From Mobula hypostoma (lineage: Eukaryota), in assembly GCF_963921235.1 (NCBI RefSeq), contig NC_086097.1:141610001-141674000 (forward strand): a stretch of DNA of 64,000 bases. Direction: 5' to 3'. The position numbers and the translations under genes were made by a program. Below are positions 50,905-63,567 of this stretch, in pieces. The first letter of the stretch is position 1. Each line of letters begins with the position of its first letter. The notes under the pieces are model-generated. The model worked only from the letters and a program-made list of their open reading frames with translations, was not told the origin of the DNA and searched no databases.

Positions 50905-51222
50905 GGGAGGGGATTCTAGGCCAAGAGGGCATGACTTCAGGATTGAAGGACATCCCTTTTAGAACTGAGATGGGGAGAAATTACTTTAGTCAGAGGGTGG
51001 TAAATCTGTGGAATTGTTGCCACGAGCAGCTATGGAGGCCAAGTCATTGAGTGTATTTAAGGCAGAGATAGATAGTTTCTTGATTAGCCAGGGCATCAAA
51101 GGGTATGGGGTGAAAGCAGGGGAGTGGGGATGACTGGAAGAATTGGATCAGCCCATGATTGAATGGCGGAGAAGATTCAACGGGCCGAATGGCCTACTTC
51201 TGCTTCTATATCTTATGGTCTT
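50905..51222 (+). mobile_element. CR1 3' tail fragment
   Basis: 'SRPRGHDFRIEGHPFRTEMGRNYFSQRVVNLWN' and tcttatggtctt tail. Confidence 0.85.
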
Positions 51223-52910
51223 TTAACATTCTCGTACCACCTCTGGACCTGTGGAGTGGAAACAGGCTTGGTAGGTGCCTTGTCTAAGACAGTGTTCTCG
51301 GTTGCTGGTGTTACATTGCTGTTAGTGACATGACCATCACTGAAAGGTAAAACTGGTGGCTGTAATGTGTCCGCCTTGTCGGATGCAATCAACTCAGGTG
51401 TATTCTTTGGTTGAGTATCCAGTATCTCGGCCACATGACATCTCCGTGCACGATCTCCAACATCCACTGTGTACATCAGTTGTCCAGTTCTTGGGTGTCC
51501 CCTTATCTCCTCGGTAATCACGCACTAGAACTTCCTGTCTAATCTCAAAGCTCCTTGCTGATTCACTTGGCAACTGGTTGAACTATTTAATCTGCACTTC
51601 CCTCTGTAGGTCTGTTTTCAGAAAGTCTATGCGAGATCTGATTCCTGCTCATGAACAGCATTGAAGGCATTTGTCGTCACATGCTCAGAGTTCCGATACA
51701 CAAAAAGGAAGCTGTCCACCTTGTGCTGTAGAGAAGTGTCCTCCTTGTCCCTTGCTTTAATGGACTTCTTGAATGTTTGGATAAACCTTTCAGCTAACCC
51801 TTTCATTGCTGGGTGGTGAGGAGCTGACTTGAAATGCCTGATGCTATTTTTCTTCATTAACATTCAGAATTATTCTGATGTGTGTTGTGGTCTGTTGTCA
51901 CTCCCAATTTGTTCTGGTAAGCCATTTCTGGTGAAGATTGTGCTCAGGGCAGAGACAGTCTTTGCTGAAGTGGTTGACTTCATTGATATAATCTCCGGCC
52001 ACTTCGAATGAGCATCCACAGCAATCAGAAACATGGAGTCCATGAATAACTCAGCAAAGATAATATGTAGTCTTTGCCATGGTGACAATGGACACTCCTA
52101 TAATGTTATGGTGCCTGTGGGGATGCATTTTGAACTTCTTGGCATCCCAAACAGCTTTTGACCAAGTCTTCAATCTGTTTATCTATTCCCTGCCACCACA
52201 CATTGCTCTGGTGAGTCTCTTCATCGATTGTACCCAGGTGTCCTTCATGCACATTCTCCAACACTCTGATATGTAGTTTAGAGGGAACCACAACACGAGA
52301 TCCACACATCAGCGTTCTTTGACATACCAACAGTTCGTCTCATCTCACTGAGAACTTTGAAAACATAGGGTTACCATTAACTGGCCATCCTTGCATGGTG
52401 ATTTCATATACACTTCTGACAATGTCTGGTCATTCCTTGTTTCCCTTTATATCTCAGAACTTGTTACTGGTAACTGGTCCATAAATTTAGTGTGGAACAC
52501 TTCTGCTGGGTCACAGTTGCTGTGTTGTTTGGTACCCTTGAACTCTGTGTCGTAAGAGTGGGCTCCTGGGAACAATGCCCAACATTGGAGTTCCCCGTCT
52601 GGGATTGAAAATAGACAAAAGGGGCTGGTGATCTGTCACTAGTGTAAACTTTTGTCTGTAGAGGTAGTGATGGAACTTCTTTATTCCACAGACTAAACTA
52701 AGGGCCTCTCAGTCAATCTATGTGTAGTTGCATTCTGTGCTTGTCAGTGATCTTGAAGCAAATGCAATCAGACGTTTAGATCTATCGTTCATAATGTGTG
52801 ACAAACGGCCCCAATGCCATAAGGGGACGCATCACATGCCAGTCTGATGGGCAGTGATGGGTCATAATGGGTGAACAGTTCATCTGATGTTATTCATCTC
52901 TGTTTCCTTA

Positions 52911-55278
52911 ATAGTCATAGTCATAGTCATACTTTATTGATCCCGGGGGAAATTTGTTTTCGTTACAGTTGCACCATAAATAATAAATAGTAATAAAACC
53001 ATAAATAGTTAAATAGTAATATGTAAATTATGCCAGGGAATAAGTCCAGGACCAGCCTATTTGCTCAGGGTGTCTGACCCTCCAAGAGAGGAGTTGTAAA
53101 GTTTGATGGCCACAGGCAGGAATGACTTCCTATGGCGCTCTGCGTTGCATCTCGGTGGAATGAGTCTCTGGCTGAATGTACTCCTGTGCCCAACCAGTAC
53201 ATGTAGTGGATGGGAGACATTGTCCAAGATGGCATGCAACTTGGACAGCATCCTCTTTTCAGACACCACCGTCAGAGAGTCCAGTCCATCCCCACAACAT
53301 CACTGGCCTTACGAATGAGTTTGTTGATTCTGTTGGTGTCTGCTACCCTCAGCCTGCTGCCCCAGCACACAACAGCAAACATGATAGCACTGGCCACCAC
53401 AGACTTGTAGAACATCCTCAGCATCGTCCGGCAGATGTTAAAGGACCTCAGTCTCCTCAGGAAATAGAGACGGCTCTGACCCTTCTTGTAGACAGCCTCA
53501 GTGTTCTTTAACCAGTCGAGTTTATTGTCAACCTGTATCCCTAGGTGTTTGTAATCCTCCACCATGGATGGAAACAGGGGTCACCAGTACCTTAGCTCTC
53601 CTCAGGTCTACCACCAGCTCCTTAGTCTTTTTCACATTAAGCTGCAGATAATTCTGCTCACACCATGTGACAAAGTTTCCTACCGTAGCCCTGTACTCAG
53701 CCTCATCTCCCTTGCTGATGCATCCAACTATGGCAGAGCCATCAGAAAACTTCTGAAGTTGACAAGACCCTGTGCAGTAGTTGAAGTCCAAGGTGTAAAT
53801 GGTGAAGAGAAAGGGAGACAAGACAGTCCCCTGTGGAGCCCCAGTGCTGTTGATCACTCTGTCAGACACACAGTGTTGCAAGCACATGTACTGTGGTCTG
53901 CCAGTCAGGTAATCAAGAATCCATGACACCAGGAAAGCATCCACCTGCATCGCTGTCAGCTTCTCCCCCAGCAGAGCAGGGCGGATGGTGTTGAACGCAC
54001 TGGAGAAGTCAAAAAACATGACCCTCACAGTGCTCGCTGGCTTGACCAGATGGGCGTAGACATGGCTCAGCAGGTAGACGATGGCATCCTTAACTCCTAG
54101 TCGGGGCTGGTAGGCGAACTGGAGGGAATCTAAGTGTGGCCTGACCATAGGCCGGAGCAGCTCCAGAACAAGTCTCTCCAGGGTCTTCATGATGTGGGAG
54201 GTCAATGCCACCGGTCTGTAGTCATTGAGGCTGCTGGGGCGCGGCGTCTTCGGCACAGGGACAAGGCAGGACGTCTTCCACAGCACAGGAACCCTCAGGA
54301 GCCTCAGGCTCAGGTTGAATACATGGCGAAGTACTCCACATAGCTGAGGGGCACAGGCTATGAGCACCTTGGTACTGACACCATCCGGTCCTGCAGCCTT
54401 GCTTGGGTTGAGACGTTTCAGCTGTCTTCTCACCTATTCAGCCGTGAAGCCCACCGTGGTGGTTTCGTGTGGAGAAGGGGTATAGTCATGAGAGCAGGAT
54501 GGGGGACTGTGAGGAGGGGTAGGAGGGGAGAATGGAATATGTGTTGGTTGGGGGCCGACAACAGATGACTCATGTGGGGGATGGGCAGGGGCCACGATGT
54601 CAATTCTGTTAAAGAACAGGTTAAGTTCGTTGGCCCTGTCCACACTGCCTTCAGCTCCTCTGTTGCTAGTTTGCCGGAACCCAGTGATGGTCCTCATACC
54701 CCTCCAGACCTCTCTCATGTTGTTCTGCTGGAGGTTCCACTCAAGCTTCCTCCTGTACCTGTTTTTAGCCTCCCTGATCCTGGCTTTCAGGTCCCTCTGT
54801 ACTGCCCTCAGCTCCTCCCTATTTCCATCTCTAAACGCCCTCTTTTTAGCGTTCAGTATGTCCTTAATGTCCTTTGTTACCCATGGCTTGTTATTTGAAT
54901 AACAAAGGACAGTTCTTGTCGGAACATTGCAATCCACACAGAAGTTGATGTAATGAGTGATGCACTCTGTGAGCCCATCAATATCCTCTCCATGTGGCTC
55001 ACAGAGTGCCTGCCAGTCTGTCACCTCAAAACAACCCTCATAAGCCTCCTCTGACCATTTTCTCACTGTCCTCGAGGTTGCAGGTTTACTCTTCACCAGA
55101 GGCACGTAGCAGGGTTTTAGATGCACCAGGTTGTGATCTGACCTTCCCAGTGGGGGGAGGGGAGAGGAGCTGTATGCATCCTTAACGCTAGCGTACATCA
55201 AATCCAGAGTCCTCTCCCCTCTGGTTGTACAGCTCATATACCGCGTGAAGTTGGGCAGTGTTCTAGCCATGGTAACAT
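52911..55278 (-). mobile_element. Rex1/Babar-type LINE nested in the Mag pol
   Basis: ORFs 54434..55270 and 53528..54433 (GAPQG, KFSD), 53272..53565; tail (gactat)n at 52911-52930. Confidence 0.92.
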
Positions 55279-55413
55279 GCTAAATGCTCTTCCACATCTT
55301 TCTGACCATTCCCACTTTGCTCCTGTCTGCAAAAGTGCATTCAATAGGTGCAGCACTGTAGCAATATTTGGGAGAAACCGGTGGTAGTAATTTACAAGGC
55401 CCAAGTATGATCT

Positions 55414-55707
55414 GTGGCGTGTGGCCAAGTGGTTAAGGCGTTGGACTAGCGAGCTGAAGGTCGTGAGTTCGAGCCCCAGACGAGGCAGTGTGTTGTGACC
55501 TTGAGCAAGGCACTTAACCACACACTGCTCCAGTCCACCCAGCTGAAAGTGGGTACTGCCAAAACGCTGGGGGTTAACCTTGCGATAGACTGGCGTCCCA
55601 TCCTGGGGTGGGGGGGGGGAAGTCTCGTACTCTCAGTCGCTTCGCGCCACGGAAACTGGCATAAGCACTGGCCTGATGAGCCTATAAGGCTCAGGACAGA
55701 CTTTAAC
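55414..55707 (+). mobile_element. tRNA-derived SINE with CORE-like domain
   Basis: A box tggccaagtggtt, B box gagttcgagcc, ccttgagcaaggcacttaacc; imperfect TSD aagtatgatctg/aagtataacctg. Confidence 0.82.
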
Positions 55708-56476
55708 TAAGTATAACCTGAGTTGTGACAGTTTCCGGTTTGGGTGCCTGTAGCACTGCTTCAGTCTTCTCTTGTGACTTACGTAAGCCATGCTTGTCAA
55801 TGACATGTCCACAATATGAAATTTCATTCTTGAAAAACTCACATTTCTCTCTATTTGCATGCAGACCATACTCAGTCAGCCTGTTAAGCACTTTACCAAG
55901 GTTCTGGAGGTGCTCTTCATCATTTTTGCCAGTCACGATCATGTCATCAAGGTAACATTGTGTTCCTGGGATATCTTGGAGCATTTGGTCCATTACTCTT
56001 TGCCAAATTGCTGGAGCTGACGTGACACCAAAGATGAGATGATTATATTGGAATATATGAGTTTTGATGGTGAGGAACCTCCTGCTTGATTCCTCAATCT
56101 CTATTTGCAGATAGGCTTGTGACAAGTCAATCTTTGAAAACCTGTCCCCGCCTGCCAAAGATGCAAAAATGTCTTCTATTTGTGGCAGGGTATACTTCAC
56201 AGTATGCAACATCGGGTTGACACTCACTTTGAAATCCCCACATATGTGAACAACTCTGGTCTTCCCTTTGTTGATGACTGGGACAATTGGCATGGTCCAA
56301 TCTCTCCACTCAACCTTGGAGAAAATTCCAGAAGCCTCCAAGCTCAGCATCACTTTATGATGTAGTTTGTAAGGCACTGGACACGCTTTATGGAATCTTG
56401 GGGTTGCTGCCTCATTCAATTCAATTCTGGCCTTCATACCTTTGAGTTTTCCAATCCCCTTCTCAAACACCTTATC

Positions 56477-58300
56477 CATAGAACCATAGAAACTACAGAA
56501 CAGAAACAGGCCCTTTGGCCCTTCTTGGCTGTGCCGAACCATTTTCTGCCTAGTCCCACTGACCTGCACACGGACCATATCCCTCCATACACCTCCCATC
56601 CATGTATCTGTCCAATTTATTCTTAAATGTTAAAAAAGAACCCGCATTTACCACCTCGTCTGGCAGCTCATTCCATACTCCCATCACTCTCTGTGTGAAG
56701 AAGCCCCCCCTAATGTTCCCTTTAAACTTTTCCCCCCTCACCCTTAACCCATGTCCTCTGGTTTTTTTCTCCCCTTGCCTCAGTGGAAAAAGCCTGCTTG
56801 CATTCACTCTATCTATACCCATCATAATTTTATATACCTCTATCAAATCTCCCCTCATTCTTCTACGCTCCAGGGAATAAAGTCCTAACCTATTCAACCT
56901 TTCTCTGTAACTGAGTTTCTCAAGTCCCGGCAACATCCTTGTAAACCTTCTCTGCACTCTTTCAACCTTATTTATATCCTTCCTGTAATTTGGTGACCAA
57001 AACTGAACACAATACTCCAGATTCGGCCTCACCAATGCCTTATACAACCTCATCATAACATTCCAGCTCTTATACTCAATACGTTGATTAATAAAGGCCA
57101 ATGTACCAAAAGCTTTCTTTACGACCCTATCTACCTGTGACGACACTTTTAGGGAATTTTGTATCTGTATTCCCAGATCCCTCTATTCCACTGCATTCCT
57201 CAGTGCCTTACCATTAACCCTGTATGTTCGACTTTGGTTTGTCCCTCCAACGTGCAATACCTCACACTTGTCTGTATTAAACTCCATCTGCCATTTTTCA
57301 GCCCATTTTCGCAGCTGGTCCAAGTCCCTCTGCAGGTTCTGAAAACCTTCCTCACTGTCTACTACACCTCCAATCTTTGTATCATCAGCAAACTTGCTGA
57401 TCCAATTTACCACATTATCATCCAGATCATTGATATAGATGACAAATAACAATGGACCCAGCACTGACCCCTGTGGCACACCACTAGTCACAGGCCTCCA
57501 CTCAGAGAAGCAATTCTCTACCACCACTCTCTGGCTTCTTCCATCGAGCCAATGTCTAATCCAATTTACCACCTCTCCATGTATACCTAGCGACTGAATT
57601 TTCCTAACTAACCTCCCATGCGGGACCTTGTCAAAGGCCTTACTGTAGTCCATGTAGACAATATCTACTGCCTTCCCTTCATCCACTTTCCTCGAAAAAC
57701 TCCAACAGATTGGTCAAACATGACCTACCACGCACAAAGGCATGTTAACTCTCCCTAATAAGCCCCTGTCTATCCAAATGCTTGTAGATTCTGTCCCTTA
57801 GTACTCCCTCCAATAACTTACCTACTACTGACATTAAACTCACCGGCCTATAATTTCCCGGATTACTTTTCGATCCTTTTTTAAACAACGGAACAACATG
57901 AGCCACTCTCCAATCCTCCGGCACTTCACCTGTAGACAGTGACATTTTAAATATGTCTGGCAGGGCCTCCGCAATTTCAACACTAGTCTCCTTCAAGGTC
58001 CGAGGGAACACTCTGTCAGGTCCAGGGGATTTATCCACTTTAATTTTCCTCAAGACAGCAAGCACCTCCTCCTTTTCAATCTGTACAGTTTCCATGTTCT
58101 CACTACTTGATTCCCTCAATTCCATAGATTTCATGCCAGCTTCCTTAGTAAATACAGACGCAAAAATCCTATTTAGGATCTTCCCCATTTCCTTTGGTTC
58201 CGCACAAAGCCGACCACTCTGATCTTCAAGAGGACCAATTTTATCCCTTACAATCCTTTTGCTCTTAATATACTTGTAAAAGCTCTTTGGATTATCCTTC
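56477..58300 (-). mobile_element. Young 5'-truncated CR1 nested in the Mag element
   Basis: ORFs 56550..57146, 57183..57686, 57745..58188; same family as the copies at 1-2466 and 11829-13060. Confidence 0.95.
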
Positions 58301-60049
58301 TCATTAGCATTAAGCAGCTCTAACAGTCTCTAGTTAGTACTACCATTTGGGTTGCCGTTACCTGTTGATGCCACCATGAGAGCTTTGACTGAGTGCCAGT
58401 CTAGTTGGATTTTTCTCAACCATTCACGTCTGAAAAGTATTGGCCGTCCATTTTTCAATACATCAAGCTCTAACTGCTGTGTTTGGCCTCCATGCGTCAC
58501 ATTCACCTATTTGCCTTTGGGGACACTTTTTCGCCTGTGTAGGCTTTAGTATCACTGAAGGTCTTCTCTAATAGCATCTTAGAAAACAATCTATTGTAGT
58601 CAGCCTCTGGAATTATGGACAAAGCTAACCCTGTATCCAGCTCTATTTTTAGTTTTGCACCAGACAAATCTATGGTGATCCATATAATATTGTGATCTGC
58701 TTCGGTAATACTATGCAGCTCTAGGCATGACAGCTCCCCTTTGTCAGACTCTGTGGTGTCACATTTACTTTCGGTCACTTTATGCATCTGCTTAGTTTTG
58801 TGTTTGAGACTTTTCACTTGGTTGCACTTTTTGTCTGCCTTGCACACTCTCTCTCTATGTGACCCTGTCTGTGACACTTTCTCATACTCTTTCTTTGAAC
58901 CAACAGTCATTTGCATCATGGGATGATTTACCACATTGAAGACATTTTTGGCTTTTTGCAGCATTCGAGAATATTTTGAGCACTTCACGTTCTAACCTCC
59001 TTTTCTGTAATTCTGTTGTATTCTTTGTTGCAGTCTCTAACGATATTGCAATGGTCAATGCCTGTTCTAAGGTTAGGTCTCTTTCTGAAAATAGCCTCTT
59101 TTGGGTGCTTTGGCTATGCATGCCACATACAAGCCTGTCCCTTAATGCATCAGAAGTTCCATCTCTTAAGTCACAATACTGGGAAAGTTTGGGTAGTTCT
59201 ACAGTATATTCAGAAATGCTTTATGTTTGACTGGTTCCTTTTGTAAAATCTAAATCTCTCAGCTATTACCAGCAGTTTAGGGCTCAAGTGATTTTGTAAA
59301 ATTGTAACAATTTTGTCAAATGTCCTGCTTGCTGGCTTTTCAGAGGTTACTAGGTTGCGTAAGAGACTAATCCTAGTACTCATTAAGCTAAGAAGCGTGG
59401 GGCGTTTCTTTTGTTCCTCCATGTTGTTCGCATTATAATACAGTTCCACCCTCTTGATATATGACTCCCAGCCTTCGTTAGTGCTATCAAATTCATCAAC
59501 TTTCCTGGCCAAAGCCATTGCCATGTTATTTTCACTTTAAATTTTGCAAGTTGCACGCCTTTCATTGTGTACTATGCTGTACTTATGCAGCCCTTTGTTA
59601 CTGTCCGTGACGGCTTCCATATTGTTTAACTTTTTCCTCTCGCTGTTTTGTCCCGTAACTGTCGATGCAGTTCATGATATTTTCTGACATTCAGGTTCAT
59701 TCTTGTCACCAGTTTTTTGTGTCTGCGCAACTACATATTGATTAAATAAAAGCACACACACTGGAGATGGTTTCAACTGATGTATTCACGTTACAGCAAG
59801 AGAGAGAGAGAGGAAGCAATGCGCATGCATAGACGACAGAGCAATGCACATGCACAGACAACAGATCAATACGTAGTGATAAGGGGGGCTATTGCTCTAA
59901 AAGAAATAGATCCATAGATTACACAATCAGTATTATGGTCAATAAAAAATCTCCTACCATTACAACCCTATTATCCCTGCATTTATCTGCAATCTCTGTC
60001 ATATTTGCTCCTTGAATTCCCAGTGGTTAAAGGAAGGGGGGATTACAGT

Positions 60050-60650
60050 AGAGCAGTGGATGTTGTCAGCATGGATTTTAGTAAGGCATTCAACAAGGTC
60101 CCTTGTGGTTGGCTCAGTCAGAAGAATAAGATGCATAGGATCCCTGGTGTCTTGGCCGTTTGGATTTAAAATTGGCTTGCCCTAGAAGACAGAGGTTAGT
60201 GGGCAATGGTTCTTATTCGAGCTGGAGGTTCATGGCAGACTGTCCTCTGAAGAGATCTGTACTGAGTTCTCTGCTGTTTGTGACATACTCTATATCGATG
60301 ACCTGGATGAACGTATGCATGGGCTTAGACCATAAGACATAGGACCAGAATGAGGCTATTAGGTCCATTGTAACTGCTCCATCATTTTGTCGCAGCGGAT
60401 TTATTATCCCTCTCAACCCCATTTCCCTGCTTTCTCCCTGTAACCTTTAACACTTTTACTAACTACGAATCAACCAACTTCCACTTTAAATATACCCAAT
60501 GACTTGGCCTCCACAACTATTTGTAGAAATAAATTCCACAAATTCACCACTCTCTGGCAGAGGAAATTCCTCCTCATTTGTTATAAAAGGGCATCATTCT
60601 ATTCTGAGACTGTGCCCTCTAATCCTTGATTCCCCACTGTAGGAAGCTTT
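60050..60650. mobile_element. CR1 fragments (+ RT piece, then - 3' tail)
   Basis: MDFSKAFNKVP near 60070; reverse 3' UTR starting gaccataagacatagg at 60329. Confidence 0.7.
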
Positions 60651-60819
60651 TCCTTTCGTAACTTTTCCAGTGAAAGTGTTATTGTCTAGCTATATCCAGC
60701 AGTAGATAGAGTGTATTTTAATATAAAGTAAGACAACAGCTTAATGCTTGTTAAATGAAGTGTTAAAATATTCTATAATAGGAATATTAATTTAACTGGA
60801 TCGGGAGAGGATTGTTGTG

Positions 60820-61135
60820 GTTAGCATTTATTGCCCATCCCGAGTTAAACTTTGACAACTAATAGGTTTGTTAGACCATTTCAGAAGGCATTTTAAGAGT
60901 CAATCACAATGTTGAGACTTCAGTTGCTTATGAGACAAACCAGATAAGGATTATAGATTTTCTCCTCTGAAGAACTTTAATGAACCAGATGGGGCTTTAC
61001 AATAATTCAGTAGTTTTTTTTTGGTTATTGTTACTAAAACTAGTGGTTGCTGCTATTCCAAATTCAACATTATTCACTGACTACAAATTCAACAACTACT
61101 ATGTTAAGATCTGAATTCAGGCCTATAGATTGAAG
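60820..61135 (-). mobile_element. Ancient SINE-like relic
   Basis: gcattttattgcccatcc shared with the repeat at about 35345; family not identified. Confidence 0.4.
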
Positions 61136-61400
61136 TCACTTAACTTAATCACTTATATCCTATAACTATTAACAATAGAACACAATTTTTAAATGCAATA
61201 ATTACAAAATATACAATATGCATTGTTTCTTTTCCCACTAATAAGGATATAATCACTGTGTGAATTTACAGTATGCTTATTTCAGTATACCCCTCTTAAA
61301 CTTCTAATATACAGAAATTATTTTACAACATAATCTGATGTTTAAATGCCATGTAACCTTATCAGATAATCTTCTATTGTCTTTCTAGATAAGTAATTAC

Positions 61401-61493
61401 CTGGTGCTTTTTATACTCATACAATTCCTTGGCTTCTTCCTCAGTTAATTGTGCTGTTTCTTCTGCCATAATTTGTAATCCTGTCTCACTAAT
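61401..61493 (-). CDS. NME8: NME8-like exon: ISETGLQIMAEETAQLTEEEAKELYEYKKHQ
   Basis: Acceptor tttttttctctgcaaag, donor gtaatt; 93 nt, phase 0 to 0; matches the NDK 'I..aGf.I......LTeEea..fY' segment. Confidence 0.88.
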
Positions 61494-61870
61494 CTTTGCA
61501 GAGAAAAAAAACCAAATAATTGTTTATTAATAAGCAGTAGAATTACAGGATAACTGGATTATGTTGTACAGAGAAAGCAAGAGGAACAAGAGTTAATCAG
61601 GCTGCAAAGGGATATAAGTCGGTTAATTTGTGGGTAAAGATCTGACTAATTCAGTATAATGCTGGAAAATGTGAAAATGCTCACTTGGTAGGAAAAAAAT
61701 ATCTGCAAAAAACATTTACCAAAATAGTCAGAAGTTTGAGGTACCATGGGATCTGGGTATCCTAACATGTGATTCTCAAAAAAATCTAGCATGCAGGTAC
61801 CAAATAGGAAAGCTAACAGAATGTTAATACTTAATGGAAGAGAAACTGAATACAAAAATAACAAGGTTAT

Positions 61871-62745
61871 TAAAGTTCAAAGTACATTTATTATCTAAGT
61901 ATGTATAAATTATACAACCTAGAGATTCATCTCCTTATAGACAGCCACAAAGCAAGAAATCTGAAAGAACCCAATTTTAAAAAAAGACCAACACCCAATG
62001 TGCAGAGAGAGAGAAAAAAAACACAAATCATACAAACAATAAAAGGAAGCAATAGCATTAAGAACCAAATTGAGTCCATAGACGCAGAACCCAGAGCAGC
62101 CAGAGTAGGCCCATAGCCCCAGTCTCAGTTCATCAGACAGTGGGGCAAATCACCGCAAAGTTTGCAGATCCGAGCCCTGGAGAAACTGGAGTAGTCTCAC
62201 AGCCTTAGTGCTATGGAGAGAGGAGAAAACGTCACAGAAGAGTGAGCAGAATTGGCCTAATCTTCGCCTCCATTCCTGACACCCTGCCTTTTCAGTCTAT
62301 CTGGGCCAGCACTTAAATCATCCAAACACCAGATTGTCCCTCACATTAGGACCCCGGCCCAACGCAGCAGTAGCTTCTGGGTCTGCCCATACTCAACCTT
62401 TCCAAATCAACCCGGCACTTAGACCGATCCAACCTCACTCCTGGTTTCAGTGGACGGGCTCTGGAACTCCTCCGCTCCAACTCCTCTCCGATTCGTTACC
62501 TCCAACTCTGTCTTGAACATGCCTCAACCTTGCTCCAACCACTTCTCCTCAAACACTCCGACTTTGCATCGCACCCACACAGTTGAATCCTCAACTCAGC
62601 CTCGCCTCTTCATTGTTTGTGGTGATAGTTTACCACAATTTACCATAGAAAAAGTGTTATTAATGAAGTATTTAGTTGTAGTTCTTGCCTTATGAATTAC
62701 TAGTAAGCTGTCACCCAACTTCAGTAGTGACATCTTAAACCAGAA
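61871..62745 (-). mobile_element. Non-coding non-autonomous insert with Rex/Babar-like tail, inside an old + CR1 (61560-63260)
   Basis: aaagttcaaagtacatttattatc..acaacctagagattcat closely resembles 9562-9630; the rest is non-coding. Confidence 0.6.
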
Positions 62746-63268
62746 GAGCATTATTGAAATTACATCGTTAGTAGTGTGTGCAGTATCAGTTTCCTTATAA
62801 AAAGAATGGATGTTAACATGTCAGAAGCAGTTCAGAGGTTTACTACACTCATTTCTGAAAACGGCAAATAGTCTTATGAGAAAAGGTTGACAGGCTGGGT
62901 CTGTACCTGCTGGAGTTTCAAAATGTGAGAGGTAACTTCAATGAAACATACAAGTTCCAAATCTATTGGGTATTTCTATATTCTTTTTTGTTGTCGTATT
63001 CTCTTCAGAACTTATGACCCTAAGGGTGGATAGGGAAAGGATATTTATCTTGCGGAGAATTTAGAAGTAGGAGTTACTATTTAAAAATTGGAATCAGCTT
63101 TTAAGGGAGAGAAAGATAATTTATAAGTAAAGGGGTTAAGGCTACCAATGAAGAGTGAGGTTACAGTTAGGTCAGCCAAGATCTTGTGAATTGACAGGAC
63201 AGACCTGAGGAGCTGAGTAGCCTATTCTTGTTTTTCATTGGCATTTAGTATGTTCCTATATCACTTAC

Positions 63269-63342
63269 CTTTTCTTTGATGTTATTATCAATTCCAGTAA
63301 TGACTGCATTTGGTTTGATTACCACCACTGTAAAAATTTTGT
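63269..63342 (-). CDS. NME8: NME8/TXNDC3-like exon (start of NDK domain 1): xKIFTVVVIKPNAVITGIDNNIKEK
   Basis: Acceptor ttaatttcttttcag, donor gtaagt; 74 nt, phase 1 to 0; carries the NDK N-terminal IKP(D/N)AV motif; splices in frame to 61401-61493. Confidence 0.88.
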
Positions 63343-63567
63343 CTGAAAAGAAATTAAAACTTCTTGTAATCTTGCCAAAACATACATACTATAGTCCTTA
63401 GAGTAAGTAAAACCTTTCTTTTGGTTTGATGACAATTCCAGAAGAGTCTATGCCAGCGATCCCAGCAACCATATTATGATAATATCCCTAGGCAATCTCT
63501 GCTGCTCCACAGGCTTTTGTAGAGAAAATAGAATGGAATGAATGGTGGCCATGCCACCAATAGTATT

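Larger units (their letters stand above)
50496..59923 (-). mobile_element. Mag-lineage Gypsy LTR retrotransposon, decayed, with four nested inserts
   Basis: Short LTRs 50496-50670 and about 59714-59923; exact 5-bp TSD caatc; PBS TGGTGACAAGAATG (tRNA-Ser-like); PPT agggggaagatg; gag 59210..59524, protease LDTG, RT YLDD (55703..56599), integrase 51627-52330. Confidence 0.93.

Noticed and set aside
55414..55485. tRNA gene
   Set aside because: A/B boxes are followed by a SINE body and TSD; no proper acceptor stem or terminator.
55703..56599. Chimeric 298-aa ORF as a novel fusion protein
   Set aside because: Chance in-frame join of a CR1 3' UTR with the Mag RT at an insertion junction.
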